A stretch of DNA of 64,000 nucleotides, taken from Pristiophorus japonicus (taxonomy: Eukaryota). The stretch is from the NCBI RefSeq assembly GCF_044704955.1, contig NC_091984.1:147932001-147996000 (forward strand), given 5' to 3'. A model generated the notes under the pieces. It worked only from the letters and a program-made list of their open reading frames with translations. It was not told the origin of the DNA and searched no databases. Of this stretch, positions 37,520 through 50,639 are shown piece by piece (the first letter of the stretch is position 1; each line of letters starts with the position of its first letter). Both the position numbers and the translations under genes were made by a program.

Positions 37520-38170
37520 TACGTTTCCAAGTCTGGATGGTGTGTGACTTGGAGGGGAACTTGGAGGTGATGGTGTTCCCATGCGCCGGCAGCACTTGTC
37601 ATTCTAAGTGTTAGAGGTCGTGGGTTTGGGAGGTGCTGCCGAAGAAGCCTTGGCCAGTTGCTGCAGTGCATCTTGTACATAGTACTCACTGCAGCCACGG
37701 TTCGCCGGTGGTGGAGGGAGTGAATGTTTAAGGGTGGTGGATGTAGTGCCAATCAAGCGCGCTGCTTTGTCCTGGATGGTGTCGAGTATCTTGAGAATTG
37801 TTGGAGCTGCCCTCAGCCAGGCAAGTGGAGAGGTTCCATCACACTCCTGACTTGTGCCTTGTAGATGGTGGAAAGGCTTTGGGGAGTCAGGAGATGAGAC
37901 ACTCGCCACAGAATACCCAGCCTCTGACCTGCTCTTGTTGCCACAGTATTTATGTGGCTGGTCCAGTTAAGTTTCTGGTCAATGGTGACCCCCAGGATGT
38001 AGGTGGTGGGAGGTTTGGCGATGGTAATGCCGTTGAATGTCAAGGGGCAGTGGTTAGATTCTCTCTTGTTGGGAGAATGCTCATTGCCTGACACTTGTTT
38101 GGTGTGAATGTTACTTGCCACTTATCAGCCCAAGCCTGAATGTCGTCCAGGTTTTGCTGCATGTGGGCAT
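37520..38170 (-). mobile_element. LINE RT C-terminal fragment (RTE-X/jockey-like; related piece at 49830-50630)
   Basis: ILGVTIDQKLNWTSHI, IYKAQVRSVME and NPANYRPISLLPIISKV. Confidence 0.7.
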
Positions 38171-39272
38171 GTGCCAGTTCATTGGATATATTCAAGAGGG
38201 AGTTAGATATGGCCCTTACGGCTAAGGGGATCAAGGGATATGGAGAGAAAGCAGTAAAGGGGTACTGAGGGAATGATCAGCCATGATCTTATTGAATGGT
38301 GGTGCAGGCTTGAAGGGCCAAATGGCCTACCCCTGCACCTATTTTCTATGTTTTTATGCTTCATTATCTGAGGAATATTAATTAAGGAAAGCCAACATAG
38401 ATTTGTTGAAGGTAAATTGTGTTTAGCCAATTTGATTGAGTTTTTTGATGAGGTAACAGAGAGGGTTGATGAGGATAATGCGGTTGACGTATTCCAAAAG
38501 GCATTTGATAAATTGCCACATAATAGGCTTGCCAGCAAATTTGGAGCCCATGGAATGGGGAATGGTAGCATAGTGGTAATGCTACTAAACTCATAATCCA
38601 GAGACCTGAACCAATAATCCCCAGACATGAGTTCAAATCCCATCACATCAGCTGGGAAATTTAGATTTAGTTAATTAAATAAATCTGGAATAAAAAAGCT
38701 AGTGTTAGTAATGGTGACCATAGAAACATAGAAAATAGGTGCAGGAGTCGGCCATTCGGCCCTTCGAGCCTGCACCGCCATTCAATAAGATCATGGCTGA
38801 TCATTCCTTCAGTACCCCTTTCCTGCTTTCTCTCCATATCCCTTGATCCCCTTAGCAGTAAGGGCCATATCTAACTCCCTCTTGAATATATCCAGTGAAC
38901 TGGCATCAACAACTCTCTGCGGCAGGAAATTCCACAGGTTAACAACTCTCTGAGTGAAGATGTTTCTCGTCATCTCAGTCCTAAATGGCCGACCCCTGAT
39001 CCTAAGACTATGTCCCCTGGTTTTGGACTTCCCCAACATCGGGAACATTCTTCCCACATCTATCCTGTCCAGTCCCGTCAGAATCTTATATGTTTCTATG
39101 AGATCCTCTCTCATCCTTCTAAACTCCAGTGAATAAAGGCCCGGTTGAGCCAGTCTCTCCTCATATGAGAGCCCAGCCATCCCTGGAATCAGTCTGGTGA
39201 ACCTTCGCTGCACTCACTCAATAGCAAGAACGTCCTTCTTCAGACTAGATGAACAAAAATTAACTCAAGATT

Positions 39273-39625
39273 TGATAGAGAATTCAAACTGGCTGCATTC
39301 AGACAGGCTGTGAAAATTCACAGACACCAAGTCAGAGCTGCTATGTGAGTGGGAGCATGTTGCATTAAGTCATCAATCAACTTGACATTTTAGGATTTTG
39401 GGTAGCGAGCCAATTAAAAGGTTAAAAGACTATAAATTAAGCCAATAAGGTCAAAGAAGGCGAGTTCTTTTCTGTAACTTGATAAGTACAGCCATTTTGA
39501 CTATGTGATATCAGAAGGACAAAGACCTGGCTTAAAGCCAAGAGCTTCTTGCTGCTGCCAAAAATAAAGTGACATTAAAACTACAATCGGAGTTCGTATT
39601 TCATTGGAAATTAAGAGATCTAACA
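39273..39625 (+). repeat. ERV 5' LTR
   Basis: TG...CA ends, internal AATAAA, about 95 percent identical by eye to 46573-46932. Confidence 0.93.
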
Positions 39626-39629
39626 ATTT

Positions 39630-39647
39630 TGGCGTCACGAACACGAT
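39630..39647 (+). promoter_or_regulatory. Primer binding site, tRNA-Ser(CGA)-like
   Basis: TGGCGTCACGAACACGAT is complementary (1 mismatch) to the recalled vertebrate tRNA-Ser-CGA 3' end ATCCTGTTCGTGACGCCA. Confidence 0.75.
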
Positions 39648-39913
39648 CGCTGAGGGAAGAAACTGAATTTTGGACATCGGACCTACATACTGAGGTAAGG
39701 ACTCCTCTTTATAAAAGTCCTCAGTCAAAAGTCTAAATTCGCCTCTCCTTCTTCGTGATTCCAAAAGCCTCCGGTTTGCGAACCCTCCAGTTGGTAGTCG
39801 GTTCGAGGTCCTATCGACGTCTAAACTTCGGCGGTGTGTTCGTTAATTAATCACCGACCTATTGATCGGCTAGAAAGCCTACGACTCGAGACTCCAGTAA
39901 AAAAATCAGTATT

Positions 39914-41476
39914 ATGGCAGCAGGAGATAAGAGCAAAGAATTGCCTACAACTGTTAAAGGTGAGCAAGTACCACCTGAGGTTTCGCTAGATGAAATTCTC
40001 CAACAGTTGAAAGAATACAGAGAGCAACAATTCAATTTATCTAAAACCTATATTAAGATCGAACAAAAGTACGGAACCTCCAAAGGACAATGGTCCTTGG
40101 ACGAGATTAAAAAGGGTCTGGGGAAAAACGATCCGTGTGAAAAATAAAGAGCGAACTAGATGGTCCCTAGCCATTATGGGAACGATCCGAAACTGGAATG
40201 AAATTATAATGCGTTCCCAACCTGATCGAGAACTGACCAGTACAAAGGATCAATTGCAAGCTGTTTGTGCACAGCTGCGACAGAAAAAGCTTGAACTTGA
40301 AAAGTTGGAAGCGGAAGTTAAAGATCTTAAAGGTGAAATTACAGAATGGAAAAAATCATTCGGTCAAGAGACAGTAATAGGAAAAGGAAAATGTATTGGT
40401 CAATTCCCAGGGTATCCATGTTTGGATAAATTAAAAGCGCAAACCCGAAGACACGACCGAGGAATTGATACGAATTCTGAATCCTCCGACGATACAGGGT
40501 CGGAGGATGAAGAATTAGGGGTGCGCTTTGCCCCATTTAAAAAAAGACGAGTTGTTGTCAAATCAGAAGAGACTGCGGATGAGGGCGGAACCAAAAAAAC
40601 GAGGAAAAGGGTGCACGAAAAATACTTGGTTCATGATACGGCAGACCCAGAGAAAATTGATAAATGGTCCAAGGAATTGGCCAATCCAAAGAAAGGGGGA
40701 GTGAAAACGTGGGACCAATTGGACCGCTTAAGAAATATATATCAACTTCATCCCTGGGACGGAGTGCAAATTTTGACCATAATGGTGCCAAAAACACAGG
40801 GAAGAAAATTGCACGACAAGATAGAAGAAGCTTTGGGGCAGGATGAGCAAGAATTAGACTCAGGGTGCAAGGCGATTAAACACTGGCTGCAAGCCTTCAG
40901 TCCAGCTAAGACAGACTGGGGAAAAATTGCAGCCTGCCAACAGAAAGGAACAGAGGAGGTCCTGGAGTATGACGAGCGGTTTAGATGCACGTGGCTGGAA
41001 CATTCATGTATGAATAATACGGATGAGGAAATGGATGAACAAGTGTTTGGACCCCTGAAAGCAGCTTTCGTGGCAGGTCAAAAGCCAGAACTGTCCAAAA
41101 TGCTTAAGGTAGTGTTACCGGACTGGGAAGGTCGAGGAACTACCTTTGCAGCATTGGGGGATCGATGTAACCAATTAGATCGGGATATGGGAGCTAAAGT
41201 CCGAGCTGTACAGGCTATGGGATGGAAATCCCAGGATTCCGATAAACAGTCATTAGGAAAATTACCTGGAAAATGTCATTATTGTGGGAAAGAAGGTCAC
41301 TGGGCCAAGACGTGCAGGGCAAAACAGAAAGGTTGTGGCTGGGGAAGAGGACGCAGCCAGGGATACATTCAGCCAACAAACCAGGCTTGTCACAAGCTAA
41401 CGACCTCATAGAAGCGTTTAAGCGACTGACAATACAACAACAGAAGGAGTTACTTGGGATAGCAAAAAACAATTAG
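39914..41476 (+). pseudogene. gag: ERV gag (two frameshifts)
   Basis: ATG 39914, main ORF 40137-41411 with capsid-like region and zinc knuckle CHYCGKEGHWAKTC, tail ending TAG 41474-41476. Confidence 0.88.
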
Positions 41477-44400
41477 AGCCCACCCTGGCCCCTCTCCTCA
41501 CACTAATACAACAGAGGGGAAATGGGCTATATATAACTGTGAGGGTGGGCGATAAGGATGTGGACTGTCTTTTAGACACAGGGGCGGAATTAACATGCTT
41601 ACCCCTACAATATGGAGACTTTTTGCCGTTGGATGGTAGGGCACGTACAGCCTATGGAGTTGGAGGCCATAAAATGGAAATTAAAAGGACAACACCGGAA
41701 CTTATAGGGCTGGGTCCACATGAACTAACCACGCTGGTCTGGATAGGCCCAGTAGATCAACCCCTTTTGGGAATGGACATTCAAATCCAAATAGATTCAT
41801 CGTTGCATTTTGAGGATGGTCGGGTGACATGGTCAATTAAAACTTTGAAGAAAGAAGAATTGAAGGAACACCCGATATGGGCTAAAGATAAGAACGATTG
41901 TGGCCTACTCCAGATGGAGCCTGCGTCATTTACCGGGACCAAGCCTCCATGCACTAAACAGTATCCCATCAGTCCAACTGCCATCGCGGGAATCTTACCG
42001 GTTATTCAGCAATTGGAGAAACAAGGGGTGCTTATTAAAATGCATAGCTCCTCCAATAGCCCAGTGTGGCCGATACAGAAATCTAATGAGACTTGGCGTT
42101 TGACTGTCGATTATAGGAAAACTAACCAGTGTATTGATCAAAAAGCTCCTTTGGTTGCAGATCCCTCCACCATTTTTAATGCCCTCAAACCGGAACATAA
42201 ATATTTCTCGGTTATAGATATGGCCAACGGATTTTGGTCGGTGCCTCTGGCACCGGAGGTTCGACAGTGGTTTGCTTTCACGGTCCAAGGACAACAGTAT
42301 ACTTGGACCCGGTTACCGCAAGGTTTCCACAACAGCCCTACGGTATTCCACATGGCTTTACAAAGCCATTTGCGAGAATTACCTCTCCTGTCATCCACAG
42401 TCATCAAATATGTAGACGATATCCTGCTAGCTTCAAACACGGAAGACCAGCATGAACAAGATTTACGAGCTTTGCTGGACCACCTTCGGCTGAAAGGACA
42501 TAAAGCCAGCATCGACAAAGCACAAATATCCCAAGAAGAGGTTGTATACCTGGGACAAAAGATTTCACAAGGAAAGAGAGAACTTACCCGGGATAGAACT
42601 GCAGCCAATCGGGCTGCTAAAAAACCCACCACTATTCAGCAACTAAGGTCTTTTTTGGGATTGTGTAACTTTAACAGAAATTGGATTGACTCCTTCACAC
42701 AGCTTGTTCAGCCACTGAATGATATTTTAAAGAGGAAACGTGCCTCGAAAGAAGCCATCACCCTCACTAAGGAACAGCAAGAGGCCTTCCTGAGTTTGAA
42801 AAAGGCTTTGTGTTCAGCACCGGCTCTAGGAATCCCCGACAGTGGTAAGCCATTTGTCCTGTTTGTCCATGCAAAGAAGGATATATGACAGCGAATCTGA
42901 CACGAGCACATGGGGATCGGCAAAGACCTATTGGCTATTATTCGGCAAAACTGGATGCGGTAGCCCTTGGATGGGGAAGTTGCCTAAGGGCTATGGAAGC
43001 TACATGTCGAACGGTAATGATCACTGTGGGTCTAGTCCTCGACCAAAAGCTGATTGTCAAGTGTCCCCACAATGTACATGCTTTGCTGTCTATGAATAGA
43101 ATGTCTCAGGTGACGGCAGCTAGATGGACCCGCTGGACAACAGTTTTGGAAGCTCCAAATCTCCATATCGTCCGGGCCAGCCCAGTTAATCCCGCAACTA
43201 TGCTCCCGATGCCAGAATCGAGGGAGCAAGAGTGGGGAGAATGTGAAGAGCATGACTGCGTGGAGATTTGAAAAGAAACAGAAGAAGCAGCCTTAGCAGC
43301 AGAGGAGTCTCTGCACAACCCAGACCTCATCTTGTTTACAGATGGTTCCTCCTTTGTTGACAATGGTACCAGAAAAGCAGGATGGGCAGTTACAACCTTA
43401 TATGAGGTAGTGGCAAAAGGATGTTTACCCTCAGGAACGTCAGCACAACAGGCCGAGTTACGGGCCCTGTCAGAAGCATGTCGAATAGCAGAAGGACAGA
43501 CAGCTAATGTCGACACAGATTCACGTTATGCTTTTGGAGTCGTTCACGACTTTGGTCTGTTATGGCGAAAAAGAGGATTCCTCACTGCTGCTGGTACACC
43601 TATCCGAAATGGAAAAGAAGTCCGAGACTTACTGGAGGCCATACAATTACCTCAGGAAGTGTCCATCCTGAAGTGTAAGGCTCATACAAAGGAAAATACC
43701 ACAGAAGCTCAGGGAAATGCCCTAGCCGACCAGGCAGCTAAAGATGCCGCCTCACAGGGCGTTCCTCCAGAAGAACCAACACAGATGTGCAGATTGAAAG
43801 CACTCAGGACTCTGACACGAGACATTCAAACAATGCAAGGCGAGTGCTCCCGAGAGGAAAAATGGACTGGATTGAGGCAGGAATTAAGCTATGTGAAGAT
43901 GGTGTCTGGAGACAAAGAGTTACCGACAAGCCAGTCGCGCCACAAGCGCTTATGCCTTTTTTAGCCCAACAGATCCACTCGTGGGGGCACTTGGCCTCAC
44001 AACAGATGACGGCGCGGTTCCAGAAAAGCTGGTGGGGTCGGAGATTTAAAAAACATGCCCGGCTGTGTGGTCTGCCGGAAAAATAATTCTGGACCCATCA
44101 CGGTAATGCCCCAACTGAGGCTCCCTGCCCCTGTCGGACTATTCCAGCATCTGCAGGTTGATTATATATCTCTTCCTTCATGCCAAGGATACACTAACAT
44201 TCTAGTCATGGTCGACAGATTCTCTAGATGGGTAGAAGCTGTCCCAACTAAAAGAGCCACAGGCAATCACACTGCAAAGGTCTTGTGTAAGGATTACATT
44301 CCCCGATGGGGAGTCCCGAGTAGCATTGACTCAGATCAGGGAACACACTTCACAGGTGCTGTCTGCCAAGAAGTCTGTAGGTTACTGAACATTCCGTCGG

Positions 44401-44933
44401 ATTTACACTGTCCTTATCATTCACAATCATCAGGACAAGTAGAACAAATGAATCGAACTCTGAAACAACGGCTTGCCAAATGTCACCAAGAAGGAACACC
44501 ATGGCCCCAGGCACTACCAATCGTGCTATGTAGCATTAGGGCAACCCCGAACAGAACTACAGGTCTAAGCCCATTTGAAATTATAACAGGAAGAACCATG
44601 TCGCTGCCAGGAACTATCGATTTACGGAAAGCTGATGTTTACTTAATGAGTGACACTTTGTTATCATACTGTCAGAACTTAACCAATGCTATTAGTTCTG
44701 TTTCCTGTCAGGTATCGGCAGCTTGGGGTAATCCACCTGAAGGAGGACACGACATCATCCCGGGAGTCTGGGTGTATGTGAAAAAGTTGCATAAAGAACC
44801 TTTGGGTGTCAAGTGGGAGGGACCTTATCAAGTGTTACTGACCACCCAGGCAGCTGTTAAAGTCCAAGGAAAGAAAGTCTGGATCCACGCTTCACACGTT
44901 AAACGAGCACCCATCACTGAAGCTGAAATCTAA
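41464..44933 (+). pseudogene. pol: ERV pro-pol (protease, RT, RNase H, integrase), broken by frameshifts and a stop
   Basis: LLDTGA; WRLTVDYR, LPQGFHNSP, YVDD; FTDGSS, SAQQAEL, TDSRY; LQVDYI, SIDSDQGTHF; WEGPYQV (GPY/F). Confidence 0.95.
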
Positions 44934-46307
44934 TAAGGATAATTACTTTTTGCCAAAATATATAAATTTACTGTATTACTGATTGAAGGTATCCTCGGCA
45001 TAGACCTACTTCTTACTAGCCGACCCTCTGCACCAAAGGGAAATAGTAGGGTAGCAAGGGAATTACATGTAAATACCTTTTTATATATGTCGTACATTTA
45101 TGCCAAACAAGATAACATTTCTAGTTGTTGGGTGTGTGCGCATATTCCTATTCACTCAAAGGGAGGGATTCCCTTGAGGCCAGTTCCTTGAATATCTCGG
45201 AAATGGCTGAGTGGATAATTAATCAAAACAAAATAGGCAATGCGTTTCAGGATCAGGAAAACTGGGCACGTAAATGGAAGTCAGCAGGTTACAATCTGAC
45301 TACCTTTGAAGGGGGATACCAACCGTGCTGCAATAATTCCAAACGGCCCCCATTTTTTGTTGTCACTAATACAACGGGAATAGGAAGACCGGGGGAATCG
45401 ATCTGTCTGATTATAAACATGAAAGGAGGCCAAAATATGGGGTATAGTAACTGCTCCCGGAATTATAATATAATCAAGCCACGGAACCGTCCAAACTGGG
45501 CCGATGTGGGAATTCTTAACGTAATGGGGATTCTGAATAAAACAGATGGAAAAGCGTGTACAGACCCCGGAGTGTTGCTGACAAAGAAACAGCTAACATT
45601 CATTGCCTATAATGGCACCTATTGGGTGTGTGGCCACAAGGCCTACCCTTGGCTGCCCCAAAATTGGACGGGATCCTGCTATTTAGCCTACATTGTGCCT
45701 TATATGTATCATATAAAGTCACTGTTGGAACATTTATACCGTCCTAAGAGTGCTATCACAGAAACAGAGGTTCTTTGCCATTCTGATTCCCAGGTATGGG
45801 ATCGCCAGACTGGCAAGGGAATCCATTAACATGGCATCCGTTGTGGAACGGGTAGCCAATGATACCTCAGAGGCCCGAGTTAAAATCAATGCAGAAATGG
45901 TAGCAATCCGCACAATAGCCCTACAGAATAGACTGGCCCTTGATTACATCCTGACTGAAAAGGGAGGTACTTGCGCCCTACTCGGAACTGAGTGTTGCAC
46001 ATATATCCCAGATAGCTCCGAACAAATTACCCACTTAACGGAGCATATCCAAAAGGAGGTAGAAAAACTTAAGCAACCCCCATCATTCACTTTGTGGAGT
46101 GGAGCTACTGAATGGCTAGGTTCAATAGGAACTTCATTGGTGGAAGGTTTAATTCTATTTGTTGTAATTATTTTACTTTTATATTGTTTGTTTATGTTGA
46201 TTAAATGTTGTTGCGACCAGGCGGCTGTAGCTGCTGTCCCACAGGTGAGACACCTTGCAGGTCCCAGCAGACCGTCTGTACGTGGCACAGGGGTATGTTA
46301 TGCTTAA
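44934..46307 (+). pseudogene. env: ERV env, gamma-type, frameshifted
   Basis: CWVC at 45126, degenerate furin site RPKS, immunosuppressive domain LQNRLALDYILTEKGG, CALLGTECC (CX6CC) and a hydrophobic TM. The start is uncertain. Confidence 0.9.
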
Positions 46308-46572
46308 GGGAAGGTTGTTTACTGGTTGAATTAAGATATTGATTTGGATTAAATTGGAATAAGGTTAATTAACCTACTAAAACCAGACTTCCATTGTGGC
46401 CACGATGGAATTCGGGTTGGTGTAAATTTGTGTCGAAGCTACTAGTGGCGAAACACATCAACAAATTTTAGAAGGTGACTCTATTAAAATCTATGAAATT
46501 ATTTTGTAGAATGTTGAACCAATGATAGCTGATGTTTCATGATTCAGTTTGTGAAAGAATCAAATGGGGGAT

Positions 46573-46932
46573 TAATAGAGAATTCAAACAGGCTGCATTT
46601 AGACAGGCTGTGAAAATTCACAGACACCAATCAGAGATGCGCCGTGAGTGGGAGCATGTTGCATTAAGTCATCAATCAACTTGACATTTTAGGACTTTGG
46701 GTAGCGAGCCAATTGAAAGGTTAAAAGACTATTAATTGAGCCAATAAGGTCAAAGAAGGCGAGTTCTTCTCTGTAAATTGATCCAGGTATAAGTACAGCC
46801 ATTTTGACCATGTGATATCAGAAGGACAAAGACCTGGCTTAAAGCCAAGAGCTTCTGACTGCTGCCAAAAATAAAGTGACATTAAAACTACAATCGGAGT
46901 TCGTATTTCATTGGAAATTAAGAGATCTAACA
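46573..46932 (+). repeat. ERV 3' LTR
   Basis: Preceded by PPT AAATGGGGGA. Starts TA (mutated TG) and ends CA. Confidence 0.93.
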
Positions 46933-47662
46933 ATATTCCAGGTGAGGCCTCACTAAGGCCCTGTACAGCTGCAGGAAGACCTCCCTGCTTCGATATTCAA
47001 ATCCCCTTGCTATGAAGGCCAACATACCATTTGCCTTCTTTACTACCTGCGTGCCCACTTTCAGTGACTAATGAACCATGGCACCCAGGTCTCGTTGCAC
47101 CTCCCCTTTTTCTAGTTTGCCGCCATTCAGATAATATTCTGCCTTCGTGTTTTTGCCCCCAAAATGGATAACCTCACATTTATCCACATTATACTGCATC
47201 TACCATGCATTTGCCCACTCACCTAACCTGTCCAAGTCACCCTGCTGCCTCTTAGAGTCCTCCTCACAGCTCACAATGCCACCCAGTTTAGTGTCATCCG
47301 CAAACTTGGACATATTACACTCAATTCCTTCATCTAAATCATTAATGTACATTGTAAAGAGTTGGGGTCCCAGCACTGAGCCCTGCGGCACTCCACTAGT
47401 CACTGCCTGCCATTCTGAAAAGGACCCGTTTATCCCGACTCTCTGCTTTCTGTCTGCCAACCAGTTTCCTATCCACATCAGTATATTACCCCCAATACCA
47501 TGTGCTTTGATTTTGCACACCAATCTCTTGTGCGGGACCATGTCAAAAGACTTTTGAAAGTCCAAATACACCACATCCACTGGTTCTCCCTTCTCCACTC
47601 TGCTAGTTACATCCTCAAGTGGTTGACATTTAACTGCCCTGTGAAATGGCCTAGTGAGTCAC

Positions 47663-48294
47663 TGTAAGATGTGTGGATTTACCTCTCACCCATCCAACAG
47701 TTTACAGAGTTCGGACCCATGGAACAGACAGCTCAAGACAAAGGTTTCTGGAATAAGTTCTCTTTACTTAAAATCAACAAGAGGTTACAAGTAAGCCTCT
47801 AATAGTACTGTTACACACAGTAATCCCAGATTATAAATAAGCCTCTAATAGTACTGTTACAAACTTTCGCAGCTTTTTTTATACCCCAAAACTGGGCAGT
47901 CCCTCAGTGTGTCCGTGTCCCATTCGATGGGAGTAATGGGAAGTCCCTCAGTGTGTGCATGTCCCATTCGATGGGAGTAATGGCCGTAGATGTTCTTCTC
48001 CTCTCCTGATCAACCAACTAGACAGTTAATCAGTGGGCCTCAAAACTGGAGACTTCATGTGTGCTGATGTTCCTGTTTCTGGGTCTGTTCTCGCAAAGCT
48101 CTCATGGTCTGAAGGCCACTATTTCCCTTACCTGTGAAACACAGCTTTCGAAGTAGCTCAACCACAGGACAGCTTGCAGTGTTCAGCAGCTTTAATGGAC
48201 ATTTGTGCAGCAGAAAGTCCTGTTGGCCTCGCGAGGCATGCTGGTACATAAAATCTGGTCAAGTTACAGCAAACTTGTACAAAATCTTTCCCCA
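47663..48294 (-). mobile_element. Candidate solo LTR of an unrelated family
   Basis: TG...CA-bounded 632-bp insert splitting a LINE tail. Minus-strand TATAAAA at about 47880 then AGTAAA at about 47765. Internal tandem duplications. No clean TSD. Confidence 0.5.
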
Positions 48295-48606
48295 CTCAGT
48301 TATACAAACCACTATTAAAAAAAGGAACTGCGGTTCTTCTCAAGGGCAATTAGGGATGGACAATAAATGCTGGCCTTACTGGCGACACCCACATCACAGT
48401 GGCAGCATGGATACGAAATTGGCTAAGGGACAGGAAACGGAGAGTAGTGGTGAACGGTTGTTTTTCGGACTGGAGGAAGGTATACGGTGGTGTTCCCCAG
48501 GGGTCGGTACTGGGACCACTGCTTTTCTTGGTGAATATCAATGATTTGGATGTGAGTACACAGGGCACAATTTAAAAATTTTCAGATGAAACAAAACTTG
48601 GAAGTA

Positions 48607-48931
48607 CAGGTTGTACCTCCCTTATCGAGAATTCCTTATCCGGAATCACTCCTTGACCAGAACCATTTCCGACCACTCTGACGTGAACAAATTGAAGAAA
48701 TGAAAGTCCTTCCTCACTGCCGACTCTCACAATTGCTGGCCTGACCCCGTGATCCACCGCCTCTCCTAATGATCTCTCTACCACACTCCCAGCCCCAAGC
48801 CAGCCAGCCCCGATATCCCCTTGCTCAGTACCTGTACCATCCAATTTAACATGACCATCCTTCGTCTGGAAAAATCCCTTATCCAGAACAGGCCAGGTCC
48901 CGAGGGTTCCGGATAATGGAGGTTTAATCTG
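48607..48931. mobile_element. Tc1/mariner (Tigger-like) MITE
   Basis: TA TSD on both sides. TIRs CAGGTTGTACCTCCCTTATC / GATAATGGAGGTTTAATCTG. Interrupts a CR1. Confidence 0.75.
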
Positions 48932-50639
48932 TACAGTGACCAATGAGGAGGATGCTGATAGGCTTCAAAACATAGACAGGTTGGTGGAATGGGCGTAGAC
49001 GTGGCAGATGAAATTTAATGCAAAAAATGTAAAGTGATACATTTCAGCAGAAAGAATGATGAGAGGAAATATAAACTAAAGATTACAATCATAAAGGGGG
49101 TAGCATGAACATAGAGACCTGGGGGTATATGTGCACAAATCGTTTTTAAGTGGCAGGGCAGGTTGACAAAACGATTTCAAGAAAGCATACAGGATCCTGG
49201 GCTTCATAAATAGAGGCATAGAGTACAAAAGCGTGGAAATTATGATGAACCTGTATAAAACACTGGTTTGGCCTCAACTGGAGTATTGTGTCCAAGGAGG
49301 TGAAAGCCTTGGAGAGGGTGCAGAGGGGATTTACAGGAATGGTTCCAGGGATGAGGGACTTCAGTTACGTGGATAGACTGGAGAAGCTGAAGTTGTTCTC
49401 CTTGGAGCAGAGAAGGTTGAGAGGACATTTGCTGGAGGTGTTCAAATCATGAGGGGTGTGGACAGAGTAGATAGAGTGAAACTGTTCCCATTGGCTGAAT
49501 GGTCGAGAACTAGAGGACACAGATTTAAGGTTTTTGGCAGAAGAACCAAAGGCGACATGAGGGAAAACTTTTTTACGCAGCGATTTTTACGCAACGTGGT
49601 TAGGATCTGGAATGCGCTGCCTGAAAGGATGGTGGAGACAGACTCAATCATGGCTTTCAAAAGGGAATTGGATAAGTACCTGAAAGTAAACAATTTGCAG
49701 GGCTACGGGGAAGGGGGAGTGGGACTTGCTGAAGTGCTCTTGCAGAGAGCTGGCACATGCTTGATGGGCCGAATGGCCTCCTCCTGTGCTGCAACCATTC
49801 TATGATTCAGTGAGATGCGAATGGAACTGAACACTGTGCAGTCATCAGTGAACATCCCCACTTCTGACCTTATGGTGGAGGGAAGGTCATTGGTGAAGCA
49901 GCTGAAGATGGTTGGGCCTAGGACACTGCCCTGAGGAACTCCTGCAGTGATGTCCTGGGGCTAAGATGATTGACCTCCAACAACTACCACCATCTTCCTT
50001 TGTGCTCGGTATGACTCCAGCCAGTGGAGAGTTTTCCCCCTGATTCTCAATGACTTCAGGTTTAATGGGCCCCTTGATGCCACACTCGGTCAAATGCTGC
50101 CTTGATGTCAAGGGCAGTCACTCCCACCTCACCTCTGGAATTCAGCTCTTTTGTCCATGCTTAGACCAAGGCTGTAATGAGTTCTGGGGCCAAGTGGTCG
50201 TCGCAGAACCCAAACTGAGCATCTGTAAGCAGGTTATTAGTGAGTAAGTGCCGTTTGATAGCACTGTTGATGACAACTTCCTGCACTTTGCTGATGATTG
50301 GGAGTAGACTGATGGGGCGGTAATTGGCCGGATTGGATTTGTCCTGCTTTTTGTGGACAGGACATACCTGGGCAGTTTTACACATTGTCGGATAGATGTC
50401 AGTGTTGTAGCTGTACTGGAACAGCTTGGCTAGAGGCGCGGATAGTTCTGGAGCACAAGATTTTAGCATGACAGCCGGGATGTTGCCGGGCCCATAGCCT
50501 TTGCTGTATCCAGTGTGCTCAGCCATTTCTTGATATCACGTAGAGTGAATCGAATTGGCTGAAGACTGGCTTCTGAGATGGTAGGAACATCAGGAGGAGG
50601 CCAATATGGATCATCCACTCGGCACTTCTGCCTGAATGC

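Larger units (their letters stand above)
39273..46932 (+). mobile_element. Full-length endogenous retrovirus (LTR-gag-pro-pol-env-LTR), defective
   Basis: Paired LTRs, PBS, PPT and gag/pol/env motifs. Inserted in a CR1 that resumes after 46932. Near-TSD AGATT 39268-39272 / ATATT 46933-46937. Confidence 0.96.

Noticed and set aside
41474-41476. Gamma-type UAG readthrough at the gag stop
   Set aside because: The same frame hits TAA ten codons later, and the protease is in the -1 frame.
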